Positions 61,148-64,000 of a DNA stretch of 64,000 nucleotides are shown here, piece by piece. Under the pieces are notes generated by a model that was not told where the DNA came from, made no database searches, and saw nothing but the letters and a program-made list of their open reading frames with translations. Position 1 is the stretch's first letter. Each line of letters opens with the position of its first letter. Both the position numbers and the translations under genes were made by a program. This DNA comes from an uncultured Methanolobus sp. (GTDB taxonomy: Archaea; Halobacteriota; Methanosarcinia; Methanosarcinales; Methanosarcinaceae), in assembly GCA_963667555.1 (NCBI GenBank), contig OY763421.1, positions 449,562 to 513,561 of the forward strand, in the 5' to 3' direction.

Positions 61148-63038
61148 GATATTGATTAATCTTTTGTTTTAATATCTCACTTATGGTCTTGCCGTCTACT
61201 TTTCCTCGGACTTCTGCCATGACAATTCCCATTAGAGGGCCAACCGCTGCCATGCCTTTTTCCTTCACGAAATCCTGGCGTTCCTTGATAACAGCATCGA
61301 CCATGCTTTCAACTTCAGACAGGTCAATACCGCCAAGTCCCAATTTCTCAGCAGCGTCCTTTGCACAGAGTTCAGGCTCACCCGCAAGTGCACGGAGCAA
61401 TTGATCGATCGCTTCTTTTGCTGCTCCGCCCTCTGCTATAAGGGTGCAGACATCAATGAAGTGTTTGTCCTCAAGGTTATCGATATCAACACCGTCACGT
61501 TTCAGTTCAGGCAGTGTTCCGGTAAGTGTTCTGACAACAAGTGTTGCATTGACATTCTCATTGTCACCAAGGATCTCCATTATCTCTTCAAAGAGTGGCA
61601 GGTATGTGGAATAAGCTATCTTCTCTGCGAGTTCCCTGTGTAGTGCGAACTCCGACTCAAAGCGCTTTGCACGTTCTGTGAGCAGTTCCGGTATTTCAAC
61701 GGATTCGAAGTATTCCTTAGAGATATTCACCTGTGGAACATCGGTTTCAGGATACATCCTTGCTGCTCCCGGAAGTGGTCTGAGATAGGAGTTATTTCCA
61801 TCAGGAAGTGCCCTGCGTGTCTCTTCAGGAACGCCTTCAAGAGCTTCCTTTGCACGGATTATTACACTTTCCATAGCTCCCCATGCACGTTCCTCACGGT
61901 CAGCAACCATTACGACAGCATCGTTCTCTTCAGCGCCAAGCTCTGCACGCATTGCCTGTACTTCTTCTGCGGAAACACCGTAAGCAGGAAGTTCATCTGT
62001 GTGGAATATTCCTCCAACACCTGATGTCTTTGCACGGTCTGAGAATTCGGTACCAAGACGTCTTCCTGGCTGTACTTCTCTGCCGACAAATCCGTCAAAT
62101 CCGCGAAGCAGGACTGCATAGACCTTGCCTTTCTTGATGGTCTTTTTGATGACCTTGGACTGTGTTTCCCTGAAAATATCTGTTACATCGAAAATAGTGT
62201 CACATACGGATGCGTTGCGCTCAAGCAGTTCATCTCTCATTGCAATAAGATTGACCTGGCGCTCTACCTCACGTTCAACAATGGTCTCTATCATATCGAG
62301 TGCCTGAACACCTTTCAGTTCTACACGAGCACCCTTTGCGATTGAAATATTAACATCCTGACGTATGGTTCCAAGTCCACGCTTGACCTTTCCTGTGGAA
62401 CGAAGCAGCATACCTATCTGCTGCGCAGTTTCCTTTGCATGCTGTGGTGAGATAATATCAGGGTCGGTTCCGATCTCAACAAGCGGGATACCAAGACGGT
62501 CAAGAGAGTATATTATAGAATCTCCCTGGTCTTCGATCTTCTGGCAAGCCTCTTCCTCAAGACAGAGCACACCGACACCAACAGGGCCTACTGAAGTGTC
62601 AAGGTAACCGTCCTTTGCAAGGAAAGCTGTTCTCTGGAAACCGGATGTATTGGAACCGTCAACTACGATCTTGCGCATCATGTGTACCTGATCTACAGGA
62701 ACCATGTTCAGCAGTTTAGTGATGCTCAGAGCGATCCCAAGAGCTTCTTTATTGACCTCTGTTGGAGGCTCATCATCATTCTCTACAAGACAGGTGGTGT
62801 CGTATGCCTTATAGATATACTTACGTCTGAGCTTGGACTGTTCAAGGGCAGCCCTGTCAGTTTCTCCCATTTCACTGGCTGTTGGGCGGAGATAGCGGAA
62901 GAACTCATGGTTTGATTCTTCTATGTTTCTAATCTGTGTCGGGCAATTGCAGAACAACTTACATTTTGAGTCAAGTTGCTGGTGAATTTCAAGCCCGCAT
63001 TTCAGGCCAAGTTCTCTGTAATCGAATTTATCGCTCAT
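61137..63038 (-). CDS. gatE: Glu-tRNA(Gln) amidotransferase subunit E
   Basis: [49 protein letters not shown]. Confidence 0.97.
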   Translation of the reverse strand: MSDKFDYRELGLKCGLEIHQQLDSKCKLFCNCPTQIRNIEESNHEFFRYLRPTASEMGETDRAALEQSKLRRKYIYKAYDTTCLVENDDEPPTEVNKEALGIALSITKLLNMVPVDQVHMMRKIVVDGSNTSGFQRTAFLAKDGYLDTSVGPVGVGVLCLEEEACQKIEDQGDSIIYSLDRLGIPLVEIGTDPDIISPQHAKETAQQIGMLLRSTGKVKRGLGTIRQDVNISIAKGARVELKGVQALDMIETIVEREVERQVNLIAMRDELLERNASVCDTIFDVTDIFRETQSKVIKKTIKKGKVYAVLLRGFDGFVGREVQPGRRLGTEFSDRAKTSGVGGIFHTDELPAYGVSAEEVQAMRAELGAEENDAVVMVADREERAWGAMESVIIRAKEALEGVPEETRRALPDGNNSYLRPLPGAARMYPETDVPQVNISKEYFESVEIPELLTERAKRFESEFALHRELAEKIAYSTYLPLFEEIMEILGDNENVNATLVVRTLTGTLPELKRDGVDIDNLEDKHFIDVCTLIAEGGAAKEAIDQLLRALAGEPELCAKDAAEKLGLGGIDLSEVESMVDAVIKERQDFVKEKGMAAVGPLMGIVMAEVRGKVDGKTISEILKQKINQYLAA

Positions 63039-63363
63039 AAGTAATCTCACCAAGTTAGTTTCGCATACGTCGGTTTACACATCAAACAGCCTCAGGATGT
63101 ATAAAGTTATTGTTGCAAATCCTGCCAGAACCTGTTGCATTCCGGTAAGTCCTGTTTTCCCACGTGCCGCACAATCCGCAAAGTTCACACTGTGAATCCG
63201 GATATTATCTATATTTCAATTGAAATAAATTTGAGTATATTTTTCTTAATGAATGATTATGAGAAATAATGAAAACGGTATGCGAAGCGTTTATATGTTA
63301 CAATTCTATTGGAAAGGATGTTAAAATAAATTATTAATCGTGATAAACTACAAGGGTCTTAAA

Positions 63364-63906
63364 ATGTCATCCAATATAGAACGCTGCTACCAATGTGGTC
63401 AATGTACATCTGTCTGTCCGATGGGAGAACAGGAACAAACTTACAGGATTCGCAGGTTCCTTCAGATGGAAAAGCTTGGTCTTGAAACTGAAGAGAGCAT
63501 GATGGTTCCATTCATATTTTACTGTACCACCTGTTATAAATGCCAGGATAACTGCCCGCAGGGTGTGAATCTTGTGGATGCAGTTCTGGCTATCAGGGAA
63601 AAAGCCGTTCATAAAGGAAAGATGCTTGAGGCTCATAAGAAAGTAGGCCAGATGCTCATAAACTACGGCCATGCTGTACCAACCAACACAGATGCCATGG
63701 AAAAGAGAGCACTTCTCGGACTTGAGGAAAGACCACCTACAGTTCAGGCTTCAATTGAAGGACTGAGCGAGATCAAGACTCTCTTGAGACTCACAGGCTT
63801 TGATAAGCTCGTTGCAGAATCTGAAGTTGAGGAACTCCCTGAAAGTGCAGCAATGATGCACCAGGCATGCTTCACCCAGCAGCAGGCAGTTGAGGAGAAA
63901 GCATGA
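63364..63906 (+). CDS. hdrC: Heterodisulfide reductase subunit C-like 2x[4Fe-4S] protein
   Basis: [12 protein letters not shown] and [12 protein letters not shown]; coupled to hdrB. Confidence 0.88.
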   Translation: MSSNIERCYQCGQCTSVCPMGEQEQTYRIRRFLQMEKLGLETEESMMVPFIFYCTTCYKCQDNCPQGVNLVDAVLAIREKAVHKGKMLEAHKKVGQMLINYGHAVPTNTDAMEKRALLGLEERPPTVQASIEGLSEIKTLLRLTGFDKLVAESEVEELPESAAMMHQACFTQQQAVEEKA

Positions 63907-64000
63907 GCAACCTGTCCCTTTTCCTCGGTTGTGTGGCACCGAACCGCTATCCCGGTATCGAGGCTGCTACAAAAAAGACCTTTTCAAAGCTTGGCATAGA
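63903..64000 (+). CDS. hdrB: Heterodisulfide reductase subunit B, 5' partial
   Basis: [23 protein letters not shown]; ATGA overlap with hdrC. Confidence 0.8.
   Translation, partial: MSNLSLFLGCVAPNRYPGIEAATKKTFSKLGI

Noticed and set aside
63160-63180. GCCGCACAATCC resembling the hairpin flank
   Set aside because: No stem is present and the match is short
313-63939. The many short or antisense ORFs in the track (e.g. 1680-2222, 5800-6360, 11286-11828, 16526-17161, 25803-26273, 57307-57807)
   Set aside because: They overlap well-supported genes on the opposite strand or in another frame and show no recognisable motifs; treated as shadow ORFs
63364-64000. hdrC-hdrB without hdrA as a novelty
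   Set aside because: Stand-alone hdrCB operons are known in Methanosarcinales and the window ends inside hdrB

Overview
Archaeal chromosomal window. gatE, hdrC/hdrB and BRE-TATA promoters are visible; Methanosarcinaceae (Methanolobus-like) is my inference from the gene set and protein style. Layout: (1) 1-15.2 kb cell-surface and glycan genes: acyltransferase-3, GT-C-like membrane protein, chimeric IS21/DDE remnant, beta-helix/cohesin/dockerin surface protein, MraY/AglH-type transferase, epimerase, VanZ, and a WbpA/B/E/D-like di-N-acetyl-uronic acid operon. (2) 15.3-27.6 kb: hybrid histidine kinase, two YdjM-like hydrolases, AAA-nuclease, TPR protein and two HicAB pairs. (3) 28-46.2 kb: two tandem, convergent two-armed glycan cassettes with AT-rich interiors. 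(4) 46.4-54.4 kb: dense toxin-antitoxin/Fic/AAA array. (5) 54.4-64 kb core genes: argG, carB, carA, TolB-like, gatE, hdrC, hdrB. No rRNA, tRNA or CRISPR array was recognised. The most unusual signal is non-coding: a strand-polarised CCGCC-NNA-GGCGG triloop hairpin at almost every boundary between accessory modules. It occurs alone, inside a ~310-335 bp TIR-bounded MITE-like family, and inside a second ~320-350 bp repeat rich in triloop hairpins. Together with broken gene fragments at repeat junctions, this suggests a hairpin-punctuated, cassette-like defence/TA array. That mechanism is inference; no recombinase for it is in the window.
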